A stretch of DNA of 63,496 nt, the filler included, from Choristocarpus tenellus KU-1152 (lineage: Eukaryota; Protista; Phaeophyceae): the NCBI GenBank assembly GCA_964200185.2. It is 9 parts of 9 records of this genome, joined end to end, with 100 filler letters (N's around TTAATTAATTAA, not from the genome) between each part and the next. Parts side by side here need not be neighbours in the genome. Positions count along the whole stretch, not along the records: positions 28,920 to 40,926 come from CAXNAD020002027.1; positions 41,027 to 53,909 come from CAXNAD020001675.1; 7 more parts are not named here. The stretch is one strand, 5' to 3'. The notes under the pieces are model-generated. The model was not told the origin of the DNA, searched no databases, and saw nothing but the letters and a program-made list of their open reading frames with translations. This document shows, piece after piece, positions 39,201-52,268 of the stretch. Position 1 is the stretch's first letter. Each line of letters begins with the position of its first letter. A program made the position numbers and the translations under genes.

Positions 39201-40360
39201 ACCGCAGCAGATCCTGTTGCCGTTTAGGAAGTCGACTGTGAAATCTGTAATCGATGGTGATGTATGAGGCGTGAAATTGATTGCTCCATAGTTTCCTATT
39301 GTGTCAAAAAAAATATTCTGCATATGAAAGAAACGTTTCTGTCATGTACATGTTGGAAAAGAAGTAATTCTTTGTGTAAGAAAATCGTTCAAAATAGTCA
39401 TCAGGGACCTATGAATTCTGCATAGAAATATATCTGTATACCCGACATGCGACAAGAATGCACTTCTCAAACATATACTACTACTACCATGGATTCTCGG
39501 ATTCATACATAAAACATGTTTTCAACAGCTTTCGTTAGTATCATTTCAAAAAATGTAATGAAAACTCACAGATATTGAAGCAGATTTGGAAGGTTGGGGA
39601 ACGGGTCCTACCTCGTACTACCCCATACTGAAGCTTAAGTCAGAAAGGGATACAATTTTAGGAAATCCAAGAGCGAAAAAGAGGTACAGTTCAAATTTGG
39701 TAGATACCAGGGGGGTGTACCACTTCGTTCTGAACCAAAGGGGTATAATTTTGCGTATCTCTCAGTATGACTTTGCCCTCTCATGCAACCACTCCTCTTG
39801 GTACAACTTAATATCACAAGAAACGAGATCCTAACTGGCCCCCGTGTACCTGGTTCCTAACCTATTTTGATACTAATTTGTGTGCAGGTATTCAGAGATC
39901 CATGTCAAGTACCTTCAGATGTTCGAGGCACTCCTAGCAGGTGGGGGTATCTAAGCACTTCCACAGTCCTGACTTTGTGACTGTTTCAAATCTTTCTAAT
40001 GCACTGATAGTATTTGCAGTGTTAGGGTCAAATAATGAAGAATAACTTCAATGTGCTCTAGGACCTCACACATGGTGATTTTTCTAGAGAGCATCATGAA
40101 GCATGGGCAACTCTTTTCTTGTCCTCATCTGTCTCGTAGATCAGTGCCATGCATCTCATGGGAAATAGTGGTCCAGTGGATGTTGATCAATGCCGCATAT
40201 AAACTACAAGTGAAAGAAGCTTTTCTGACCTCCAGTACCACCCCCCTACTACAATGGTTTCCTTCTAACTGATGGTGCAGCTAGTCTCTACCTCCCGCCC
40301 CAATCAGGTTTCTTAGAGTTGGAAGGCTGCACTGTGGAGGCCTTTTATGCTGACTGCAAG
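36285..40360 (+). CDS. BART (ARL2/ARL3-binding) domain protein, internal exons 36285-36391, 37278-37349, 39888-39940, 40308-40360
   Basis: Four exons with GT/AG boundaries and consistent phases (2,2,1,0): LMERAAKFCESDRFRGELNAFAREHANDFVDAAEEEEKLGEHTHRIRYSEIHVKYLQMFEALLAGFLELEGCTVEAFYADCK, a typical BART pattern (F..EH...F...EH...Y.E.H..Y...FE..L..FL..EG....F...C). Confidence 0.85.
37444..37650 (-). mobile_element. MITE family C fragment in BART intron
   Basis: Shares GGATATTTTCTGAATTGTGTC and CTTCATCCATAGAAA with other family C copies. Confidence 0.55.
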
Positions 40361-40884
40361 GTGAGCTGGGAGGGAGTTGAGGAGGAGAGATTGGTAGGTA
40401 CAGGAATAGGTCTACATTATATTCTCTCTTACCTTTGGACTATCTCCTTCCTTGGATGCAAACTTGAAGGGCTCTTACATAAAAACACAAAACGCACGCA
40501 CTCATGACAAAGAAAGGGTGAGTTCTTTGCCTGATTTCTGTCAATCCATAGGTCTCCTATAAGTGGAGCTTAAGACTCTGCAAGGTGTGGTTGGAGGTAG
40601 CTCTGTAGAAAAGCAGGTTAAAAGTTGAAAGCAGAAGTAGATGTAGGCAGGCCCATACCATACCACAGGTGTGTGCTCTGAATTTTCATATTTGCTGAAT
40701 CCTAGAAACGGTAAGTTCAGCATTACCAGCAGTAATCGTTCAGCCAACTGCTAGCTGTGAGCCCCGTCGAAGTGGGTGCTTACACCATTTAATTCCGCTC
40801 AAACCTTTCCCACCAATTCAATAATACCAATATATTTTGTGGTGGTTTATTGGTTGAGTACTGAAAGTTCCCGTACGTGAGTGA

Positions 40885-40926
40885 GGCTCAAAGTATCTGG
40901 GAGGGGGTGGCGGCTGTCCATTTGGG
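40885..40926 (+). mobile_element. MITE family B end at contig edge
   Basis: GGCTCAAAGTATCTGGGAGGGGGTGGCGGCTGTCCATTTGGG. Confidence 0.75.
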
Positions 40927-41049
40927 NNNNNNNNNNNNNNNNNNNNNNNNNNNNNNNNNNNNNNNNNNNNTTAATTAATTAANNNNNNNNNNNNNNNNNN
41001 NNNNNNNNNNNNNNNNNNNNNNNNNNGGGGCATGGGCGGGCGAAAGGTA

Positions 41050-41080
<31 letters not shown>

Positions 41081-41299
41081 CGGGGGAGGGGGGCAAGGTT
41101 GAGTTTTTAGGCACCTATGAATTCCTCACAATACGTGGGTTTTGATCACTGTGAAGGGTGCTCTTGACTAATATTGAGTTACCAGCTGATCTTCTTTTCT
41201 AAAGACACACCCTACCGGTGACTGTAAAGTGCACTTCAGGCTTGGGCATTGTGTACACTGCAGAGAGTCCACTAAGGTCTTGATACTCTTAAAAGTGAC

Positions 41300-43550
41300 C
41301 ATAATCAATCAGCCTAGATTGTTCCACTCAAAGATGAATGTATGTGTGGGGAGGTGGGTGGGTGCGTCTGGTGCAATCAAACGAAGTGGTGTACGAATGC
41401 TTAGGTACAACTGAGCAGTTGTCATTTGTTTGCGCTTGTTACCACCTACTGCACTAATATCACTGGTTACAAACAGAAACAAGTACTTGTGGTGAGACCA
41501 AAAAATGGTACAGGTTCTATCGTCCAGCTGCTACTCAATTTCTCCCTTGTACTCCTTGCTCGACAAATGGATATTTCATTTCCCAAGTATTCATAAAGGT
41601 CATACACGGGGATACGGAGTACCAAAAATATAACTACGTAGTGCTGAAGCATACACAGTGCCGCCAAATACAAATAAGAACAAAAATTCATCAGTAGATC
41701 ATTTTTCTTTTTACACAGACCAAACAATTAATATCTTGAAGCCTTAAGAATTAAAAATAATGTGCCAACCAAACACACATAACACAAGCTGCACATGTAC
41801 ATACACACCGGCGGCCCCTCGTTGGCCACAAGAATGTAGCGCCCATCTGGACTAAATGTCACCATGTCCGGGCCAAAGCCCACCTCCTCCACATCCACCT
41901 TTTCATTGCAGTACCCACACCTATTTCATCATTGTCATTGCAGTGGACACTCAAGCGTTGCCATCAAAAAACACAATCGACGAAGCAATTATCATCGTGA
42001 CATTTCATTTTTCTTCTTCACAAGCATTGATCAAAAACACCACTGTTGTTCGTTCTACTGGTGGTGCAAAAGGTAAAAAATAAAAATAGTAGATACCAAA
42101 ACCAAAGCATTCAATTTTAAGGATTTTTTTTTTGGTACTAACACTGCTTACTCTCATGAAATTCCCATCTGGTCCCCTCACACTTCTCACGCGTTGGATG
42201 CACATTTCGTTTCAATTGTCAAATGTTGAAATGTTTCGAGGCTGTTTTATATTCACCAGATCTTAAAGTTCCAAACACCAACTAAAAGAAAATCAGCACA
42301 GTTGGAAGTCTGACACAAGATCAAAGAAAACAGATGGGTAATGCTATCTAGAGAACATCCCAGCATTTTACCGTTGGTCAAAAAGACGGCTAACGACACA
42401 CGACAAGACCGTCTTTTCATTTGCTATCCATGAATGTAAAAAAAAATCTTCAAAACAATCTTACTCCACGAGAAAACAACAGGAAGCGCTGAACAAATCT
42501 GAGCATGGTGTCTTGATTGCATCAACACTTTCGTTGATGGATATTCTTGTCCACTCAATCTAGTTTCCTCGCCTCCCTCCCACCTTTCACAATTACTATC
42601 CAATGCCCTCTCCCCTTTCCAACAATGTCCTCCAACCACTTGAATACGCTGAAGTCTACGAGAAATAAGACAATGGCATGCGCTCCTTCTTCTTGGTACT
42701 CACTCTGCCCATTTGGTGACAGAGGGAATGATGAGTACCTGGCCCTTCGTTGGGGCCCGAACTTCCCTTTCGTTGGTTCGGGGAACGACAGAGATAGCTA
42801 ATCCATCATCACCACCATAAGCCACTGATGTCGGAACTCCCCACTTCTTGGTGGTGTCAAAGAAAGTAACAGACCGAGGGTTTGTTGGGGCTGCGATGCT
42901 GAAGATCTCGATACCGGTGGCAGCAGTCGCAAATATGTTCTGCATTGAAGGAGAGGAAGGGGGTGGCGTGAGTATATGACCGTAACCGCAAGAATCAATG
43001 GCACACACATTCCAGCACAGTTCACTACAAGAGGCTAAACGAGTGTGGAAGATCGACCTGAGGCCCATACAAAGTGACGCAGCAAACCCATCTGTCTCAC
43101 TCTTGGCCATTGAGGTATTTTACTTTGTAAAACATTACGTATTCAACAAAGTAGATGAAGTTGAAGGGTGTTCATTCTTAAGAGCCAAGTTACAGAGAAC
43201 TTGTTCAACAGATCTGAAGAGTAATTAGAGTCCAGACAATTGATAGTGAATAGGTTGGGGCAGGCTCGCGATGAGATGACATGATCTAGACTGGGCATTC
43301 CACATTCTCAAGTAATTTTCCATGTCGTTATATATCATTTCAGGGCGGATGAACCCACATAAGTGGATGGTTTGTAGGCAATATCTCCCAGATATGGGGA
43401 AAAGGAGCTTGTGACGCCACCAATCTTCCACAAAGTCACTAGGCCAGGGGGTCGGTTCATGGCTGCTGCGCCAAGGCCCGATGCTAGGTGCAGCGCACAA
43501 ACCCTCTCCAGGCTCTCCATTATGTATCAATGAAGACTCCAGATACCTGC
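41300..43550 (-). mobile_element. Highly decayed, probable Ty3/Gypsy pol remnant
   Basis: FSPYLGDIAY (YLDD-like, ~43390), FSIAAPT (thumb-like, ~42890) and RNase H-like traces; many stops and frameshifts; boundaries approximate. Confidence 0.35.
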
Positions 43551-44081
43551 TCGAGTACGTGGTACTTCACTACATATGGCTTCTCCGTATCTTGGGAAAG
43601 GTCTAAGCACACCCTTGACCACTATTTCGTTTAAAATGTACACAATGAACGTCTAGATCGATATTAGGATGGTGGAAACAAGCACGTACAAATGTTCTAC
43701 ATTGAATGTGGACAGTTGTTTCAAAAAAGTAGAATATCACAATGGAATTGCGGAGCTATTAACACAACATACAATACTATATAAAATTATAATACACTAT
43801 TTGTATATTTTGTACTAATAGTTGTGTAACTTATCGAAGCAAAAAAAAAGTCATCTAACGCCTTCGAAGGCTGAATTCCTTTTTTGAATTTGGGGAAACA
43901 CCTTACCTCAATTCCTCATTGTTGTGCATAGCACTTTTCTCTGCTCCCTCGCGTCCATTCCACAGGTTTTTGGAAGGAGCACCCTGGTCCAAGTTTTCTT
44001 CGTGTCAGCGAATGTCTCCAAACCAAGTTGCTGATAGGAACATCCACCTGTAAAATCCCACCTGGCACAAACGTTTCCCTA

Positions 44082-47000
44082 ATGAAAACATATGGGCGAA
44101 AAAGACCCAGGAATGGGACGTCCCCAGGACATCCGCTTCTTCTTTGCCCTTCCTATTCCTCGCAAAGTCCTTCAGCGTGCCAAGATTCAAGAAAAGGGAT
44201 AATAAAGAGCCTGGGAATGGATGGACATCGCGGAGTGTCGGGGAGAGATAACGAGATCTCAAAGGCGAAGGTAGGCCCCAACGCACAAAGACACATCCCA
44301 GCATTGGTTCCTGTCCCAGTTTGCTCAAAGAAAGTTTCTCCTCCGTAGGTATCCAATCCACTGGGTGCTTTTGGAGAGCCACGAACGGTGAGCGATGCAC
44401 GAGTTGACAATGGCCTCTTGAGCATGAAGCGACCATGGCATGTACCTGTGTCTTCAGCGAGAAAGAGGTACGTGAGGCAAGGCGAAACTCGGATGAGCAG
44501 ACGGTGTGAACGTGGGCTAAGTCACTGCTGGCATGGCAGTATTTCTTGAAATAACGTGGAATTGGTCAGATCACCTGTAAAACATCGGGAGGTGTCTCAA
44601 TCATGTTATTTTGTGTGTGTGTACAGATGGCTATTACCCCTCACACTTATCCAGAGCATATTCCCAGCATTGATAGAGTATGATGTGTTGGGTCTCTGAA
44701 GCCAGAGATATTTTTATGCTATAAGGCACATTTTCCACTCTTTCCGGTCGGCAAGTATGAACAATAGAGTTAGAGCCCCTTCTGCCTTGTGTTGCTGCTC
44801 AAAATCCTTCATCCTGACTACCCTTGAGCCTCTTTGTGCTTCTTTGCTTTGCTCTGTTTGTGTATGTGGTATGGCTGTTCATCAGGCGACAGCAGGATGG
44901 TAAGGGACATGGTACATCCAAGCGAGGAGACAACCGACTTTCAGAAATGGGGAGGAGGAAAAAAAAGGGCACAGAACAAACCTTCCTGGACTTTGGTCAG
45001 AAGGGACTCGGGAAGCGGGTAAGGCAGACGAACAAAGAAGAAGAGCAGGTTGCAGACACACGAGGGGCAAGGCAGGGAGTAGGTACTTAATGCATTTTTG
45101 TTGATGAATACAGAATAGGTTCAATGTTATCTGGTATGTAGAGCCTTCATTTCACCTTGTAACTATGGGCATGACAAGGCAACCAAAATCTGCAGTCCTG
45201 TCCCTACAAATTCTGATATTAGAACGATTGGTATCCAATATCCTTCACCCTGGGTAATAGAGTAAAATAGTGGTATCTGTGCATTGCAGTTTCCCTAAGT
45301 ATATACTTTGGTATATATCCCTCAACCATATCAAGACCCAACTCCCCAATTCTAACCATTAATAAGAGTACTGTTTGTATTTTGCAGAGGACTTGTCCTG
45401 TAGCCATAAACCTACATCTGCAAAAGTGACCTTTTTTTCTGTATGTTATTATTTGTTTTCATCGCAACTGCTGTACATAGTATGAGTATGAGTTATGCAA
45501 ACAGTGAGGTAAGGGGTGCATTGTTTGTTACATGAAAGCAACGTTCAGCTAGATCAAGATAGTAAGATAATCTGTTTCCAAAAATGAAAATCATTACATA
45601 ACGTATCTATAATTCAGCTTCTCCTACCTACCCTATTCTATTAATGTAGATGCATTGAATAATTATTTTCAAATGCATAATTTGAGGTGGTTTTTTGTAG
45701 CAACATATGTCAAGAAAAGAGAAACCTTACCTCAAAGCTCCCATTATAATGCACTTGGCGGTAGCACAATTCAAGATAGGGCAGTTAAATTGAATCTTAT
45801 TCTGCTGGGGATCCCTATTGCATTGTTCTCTAGAACATCAATATTGAAGAGCAGACTAGGAGTTTTAGACATCGATTTATTCATCCAATTTGGACGACAA
45901 TGTGTAGTGTAGTAAATCAATTCTTTAAAAATGGTTCTCTATCGGGTGCTGCTGTGCAAGTAACTACTTTGGTCCAAGGTTTGACCCCAAACTGTGCTAC
46001 GTACTTCACATAACACACATAACCTAGCATTTAGCATTTGAAGAATGTATGTTGCACTGATGATACTGCTCAAAGCAGAAAACGTTGAGGTTAGGATTTT
46101 AGACTCAGGAGATGGCATTCTATTTGCACTCTAGTATGACCTACCCCATACTAGTTCACAATCATCCACTATAACCAGTACACCAAATTGAGAAGACAAC
46201 TAACATGGCTCATCTTCCAGGCTGACTTACACCTAGACACCCTGCCCTCCATCAAGGCATCATGTTTTGTGCTTTCCACTAGAGCTGAAGCACTATGCCT
46301 AGAGCTCTGTGTTCCAGTGAGTGTTTTATTGCATGCGCCTGTGAAAGTGTTCCATGGCAACCACAATAGTCTGTTTCTTCATTGTGTTCCAGGTGCAATA
46401 CTATTAATTTCATGATTGCAGATGTACCCCTTCTCTACTTCACCTCAGTTGTTCACCTGCGTCACCTCTGCTTCCCGATTACGCTTGCATGCTTGTGCTT
46501 TGATCTCATTTTTGATTGCATGGTGTGCATGTGTATGTGTGTGTGTGGAAAGGTGCTGTGTCAACAGTGTGGTCTACTCTATGTGTTGGGAGCAAGCGAA
46601 GATGAGTCTGAACACACCTCATTATGCAACAATACCTCCAAAGGAGTAGAGTTTGCAGGGTGGGCACAGGTGATTGAGAAGCAGATTGGAAGATCCCCTC
46701 AATTTACACCTTTTCAAATTAACCCCTGTATCCTCTCTTTTAAAATCTACTGCTAAACTTGATCAATCAATGCTAAGTCCTCATAATTTGATATGTGCAC
46801 CAATGGCAATATGCCCCGTGACTTCACTATCTGTCCCTGAAACCAAAGATTAACCCCAACATTATCCTTACCCCTGAACCCGACCCAGCCCTATACCTTT
46901 GTATTCAAAGTTCCCGATACCATCAACAACACCTCAGCATTTCGTTCTGTATCTCCACCACTCTCTCATACCCTGCCTTCCTCTTTTTTTCTGATGTTGA

Positions 47001-50000
47001 TCTCAATTAAGAAAAAATGATTCGATGACCTTCAGTTAATAACCCTCAACCTCATGATCATCCTCTCCCACATGCAAGTGACTTCCATGTACTGCCTGAA
47101 GGGAAAAAAATCTGAAAGGAGGAACTAATAGAGTATACCCAAAGGGAAGGGAGGTTGCTCACAATTAGCCACCATAGGCTGCTGCAGAGGGAGTATATAT
47201 TCACACAACTCCGCTGTGTTCAAAAACTTTTTTGCTATTTCCAACTAGACCTAATCCTAATTGCAATCATAATCCCAAAACTAAATACATTCCCAACTGC
47301 ATTCCATCCTAACTCTTAAGCCTAGCCCTACCCAAATCACTCACAACCCTCCCCTCCCCTGCACTCCTTCAAATGACTTCCTTTAATGAATATATAATTT
47401 GCATCAAGGAGCGCATTGTGGCTAAGTTTCCTGATGATGGGGGTAGGGTGGTGGAGATTAGACCAGGAGACCCCCCGTCTCACCACCTCAAGCTGGAGGA
47501 GGTGAAGCGTGTGATGGATGCTGACATGGGCTTTGCACCATCAGAGACTGAACACAAGGGTGAAGTCAGGGGCTTGGGCAGGTAAATCTTGCCCCTCAGC
47601 ACTCCACCTGAACTTGTTCACTATCAATTTTCCATATCTGTTTAGCTTTAGATGACAGTCTTACATTCATGGGCAGGTTAAGTACCTATTTTTGGATCGA
47701 TTATTATAGGACTTGAACTTGTGTTAGAGGTGAAGGTGTGACACCTTTGAGTACCTGCATGTGGGTTCAGATTAGCCAAGTCTGACAGGTCAAGAGGATG
47801 GGATTGGGGTCGAACTCTGTGGTATTAGTCTACTTTATCAATATGCTTGATGCGATGTACTGTATGTCCAGACATTTTCTTGTAATGGTGTCAAGATTTA
47901 TGGTTTCATTGGTCACTGGCCCTTGTTAGTATTAATTATTGATCAGAACATCATAAGTGGGATAATTAGAGAGAGAAAAGGGACCAATATATATACTCAG
48001 GAGGGGCTTGATGGTCATGGATGGGTTTGTGTCCTTACTTACACATATATGAATAGGTCAGGGTTTGATTATATGTTTTTGAGGTAACTATGGGAACAAT
48101 TACTCCTGCACAACATATCTGGAACAATTGCCCTTTTGGCAGATTGATTGGCACTGCTCTCCAGATCTTAATTTGGACTCAAATACCAAACCTGTCTTGA
48201 GTTTTTGTATTATGTTGAACTCCATTATCAGTCTGCCTAACCCACCTCTTGATGTTTGACTTTCTCAATGCAAAAATGCCCTCTCCTGTGACATTCATCA
48301 CTCCATCCACACGGCAAACTCCCACAAATGCTGTCCACATTTTTTTCTTGTATAGTCAAAACCCTTTGAACTTTTTGTCCCTTCTTTCGCGCACAATATC
48401 ACACCCCTTGCAATTTCATACTTCAAACTGCTTTTCTTTCTCAACAAATCAACACCTGCCAGTACTTGCTTCTTCAAAGTACTTGAAATAGCATTCAATA
48501 TTGCTGAACCCTAACCCCTTCCCCTTCCCCAGTTCTCACCCTCCAAAAATCTTCACCTCTAACCCCACAAATCGATGCCTTCCCCTCTACCCCCCCACTC
48601 CCTTCGTGTCTACGACCTGCCCCCCCTATTTGGTGCCTGCTGGACGCCTTCGATGTTTGTTTGCCTGATGGATTGTGTGGTTCTCTTTCCTCCCCCCCAC
48701 TCTCTGATGTTCATTTGCTTTTCTGGTGCAATCAACCAACCCTTCAAAATGTGCCAAATGCACACCTACACCCATTGACCACATTGGGCTGTGATCATCT
48801 TTCAACTTCTCTCCACTGGGCAAACAACTGGATGCTTGTGGATATGGAATGGTCAAATCATCATTGTTTGCAAAAACTTGATGACTGAATATTTTGGACA
48901 TATCGGTCAAATTTTGGGCAATGTTATCATGCACCCCCTGCCATAACCCCTACCTCTTCTCGTGTATCAACCTTTGCATTGTTTTGTTTTCATATGGTGC
49001 CTTAATTTTAAGTACCATTGGAAGAAGCATTGCAGGCAAGCCTCCCACTCACTCAACCCATACCATGGCTTATCTCTACGTGAGGAAGAGGCGTGTGCTT
49101 GGTTGTGTTATCGCTGAGCACATTACAAGCGCCAGACGGGCAATATTTCCGCCTTGCACCCCCCCTTCTCCTCTTCGCACACCACCAACAGCACTGCCAC
49201 CAATGATGTTGGTGACAGGGGACAGGACAAAAGTGCTCACAGATGGGGCTAGGGTACCAAAGACAAGAGGCTCTAGGGTTGAGGTGGAGGCAAGAACAAC
49301 GGAAGGGGAAAGGGGGGGAGGCACAATAGGAGCAAGTGTGGATAGGTATGAGGCTGGGCTTGTTGTCAACTCTGGGCACATAGGTAGGACTGACCTAAGG
49401 GATGTACCAAGCTGGGACTTGGTTGGTCCTAGGGCCAAGGTGGGTGGCCTCAGGGTTCAGGCAGGGCAGCTCAGAGATGAGTTTCAAACTAAGCTTGTTT
49501 CTAGAGAAGTGTCTGACCCAAAAGCTGCAGGGGCAGGGGGAGGGGCAGAGAGAGACAATCAGGGAAAGGGATGTATCAAGGGCAACATTGTTGTTTGTCT
49601 GGAACATAGGAGAAGGGAAACATTGCTAGGAGGGGATCCCCAGACTATGGTAGGAAGGTCAGAGATCCCAAGTGGTAAAGAGGGGCTGATAGATTTGAAT
49701 CTAGGTGAGGGAGGATCTTTCCTTGAATATGGGCAGGAGATGGGGAAGGAAAGAAGTTACAGTGAAAAGATTGTAGAATGTAAAACGGCCAATAAATCTT
49801 TCCAAGAACCAGGGTCATGCCTACAACTGGGAAACACCAAGGAGCGATACAAGGGAGAGACTGCCAAACACACTAGTGGAGGAGTGAAAGGAGAGAGACA
49901 AGAGGAAGTTGTTACCCATGGTGAGGGGAGTGGTGCTACTGGTGGAGAGGAAGGGGAAGCCACAACAACAGACGGAACTGTTTTTAATTTTTCTGATAGT

Positions 50001-52268
50001 GAGTCATTGGTTAAAGCTACCACAGTCTTAGACTTAGATGAGCAATGCCTCCACAAGGGTATAAAAAAGTACGTTCAGCTGGGGCAAGGGCAGGGAGAGG
50101 TAGGTGGCAAGCAGGGAGCCCTCTCAATGAATCCAGAATTGAATTACCCTGTGGAGGCGCTTGGCCTTCCATCATCTGGGTTAGAGCTTGGGGAGGAGAC
50201 GGTCCCTGTCATGGTGGGTGTATTACAGGTGAGGGATGTGGGTGGGAATCATTACAATTGTATTTATTTTTTTCTGCCCATTTATGAACTCCGGAATTAA
50301 GGTTTTGGGCATACTTGGTACCTTCAATTCTAAAACGCTTTTTCAGGGAGGTTAGCCTCGTTGTTAGATACAAACCAATAGCATCTATTCAGATGCTTCA
50401 CAATTTAAAGGCACTCTTGTGTGAGTGATCTATTTGCTTTTATTTTGTCTGTACTGCATAGTTTTTTTTTCTTCAAGCTCTATACTATTTACTCACCTTG
50501 TTCAAAAATGACAACTAGAAAAGTTCTATTGTATCAAGTGGTTTAAACCATAACATTGGCATCCAAGGTAAACCCCACAACACCTCCCACTCCGCACCCC
50601 TTGCAGTCACCTCTCTCTTCTTCTGCAGTCACCGATTAATCCACCTCCTGTTGGAGCGATTCCCCTGGCCAACATTTCCCCCACCTTCGTTGCCTGCACA
50701 TCTAGACCAGATTTCAACCCTCCATGCCCTCTCCCCCACACGCTCCCTGGATGCACTTCAGATGTGGGTGCAACATCAGAGCCGCCGACAGGGGGTGGCC
50801 ACACGGCTAGTGGACACACTACGCCAAAAGATGATCTACGGCTGCCCCCTCCGCCACGATCAGGTGTGAAAGAGAAGAGTTAAGTGGTAGGCATTGTGTG
50901 CTGTGGTGTGTGTAAGGCTGAGTCTTCCGCATTAAGGGTTTTTTAATGGAGAAGCAAGGTGATATTTCGAGTTGTATGTTTGACTCAGTTTACTCTTCTC
51001 TGAGATACACATATATGATACTACATTGGTAGGATTGACCAGAAGGAAAATCTCGTTCCCACCCCCATTCAAATATCGTCCATGTCTTGTCGAGTGAAAC
51101 CATCTAAGAAGGGGATTGATTTCAGTCCCTTTGAGTTTGAAGTCCTTTCTGAAGCTTGTGAAATATACACTATGCACATATCTGAAATGCACTTACGCTT
51201 TTCTAGGAAGGTGTGGCTGTAGAAGAAGATAAGCTATGAACATATTGTTAGCTGAAAGCACTCTCAGCATTGGTGCTCAAAACATGAGTACTGCAAGGCA
51301 GTAGTGGTACCCTTGAAACCCAATGACTCCTCCCTCTTAGATGGTATCACTCACCATCGATATTTGAAAAATTAATGTCTGTGGTGAAACTGGGAGTATC
51401 CTTACAAGAATAAAATAAATACTTTACAGTGTGTTAATGGATGGTGGAACGGAGGGACAGGAGGTTGAAGGAAACAATTGGGATGTACATGGTGATCTGT
51501 GTGAGGCAAAGGAGTGTATATACCAATAATATAAGTGCGTGGGAAAGACCAGTGGTTTGATGGTGATGTTGACGCTCTCCTGCTGAAACCACCTGAATAA
51601 TTGTTGTGTGTAGGTTTAGCACATCACTTCCCCCTTAAGCTTTTTCATGTTGGGGGTTAGTGTTTTATTGAAGATGCACCACACTAAATATTCTACTCAA
51701 GTTGTATATATACAGTACACTTGTGAGTTCTTCTATATAGCCAGAAAGCGTACCTATTTGGAGCAGTGGCATCAAGAGCATGAGAAAAAAAAAATCGTAT
51801 TCATCAGCTCAAATTATGCAGGGGAAGGGGCAGATTCATTTTATGCTGTGTGTTTGTACATAAAATGTCGATTACACTAGTCTTGATGATGCATCTTCCG
51901 CTGTCCTTGTCAAACTTACATCTCCTCCTCTTGATGAATCCCCTCCCTCATCCCAGCTGTTGCCAACAAAATCAATTCTAATTCGACAGAATAACGCAGA
52001 TATGTGCCGGAACCTTGTTTTTTTTTCTTGGACGGGCCTGTCCAGTGTCTGGTAAACCTTCCCTTCTCACAATTCTGGTTGATAGCCTGAAGTAAGTAGG
52101 CAGAATTCCCATTAGTTTGCGCATTTTGCTCGTCCCCTCCTTGCGCTCCTCCCCACCCCCCATCCCTGTCTCTTGCTTAAATGGCAGGTTGCCTTTTCAC
52201 AACCGACACTCTATGGGCAGGCATTCTCCGCTTGGTACACAAAGGGCAACCTGCTCATATACTCCTGA
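44082..52268 (+). CDS. ECO1: Cohesin (SMC3) acetyltransferase ECO1/ESCO/CTF7; exons 44082-44270, 44349-44467, 44886-45018, 46553-46669, 47409-47581, 49013-50228, 50762-50863, 52188-52268 (2130 nt, 709 aa)
   Basis: All junctions are GT-AG and in phase. PIP box QTFLDFGQK; zinc finger CQQCGLLY..G..EDESEH...C; GW.QERIV; YLYV...RVLGCVIAEHI..A.R; GVLQMWVQHQSRRQGVATRLVDTLR..MIYG; VAFSQPT..GQAF..WY...LLIYS*. Confidence 0.93.

Noticed and set aside
37800-39400. Possible retroelement remnant in the BART intron
   Set aside because: Only faint similarity; not supportable
48894-50300. 468-aa single ORF as a standalone gene
   Set aside because: It is exon 6 of ECO1 plus flanking intron sequence
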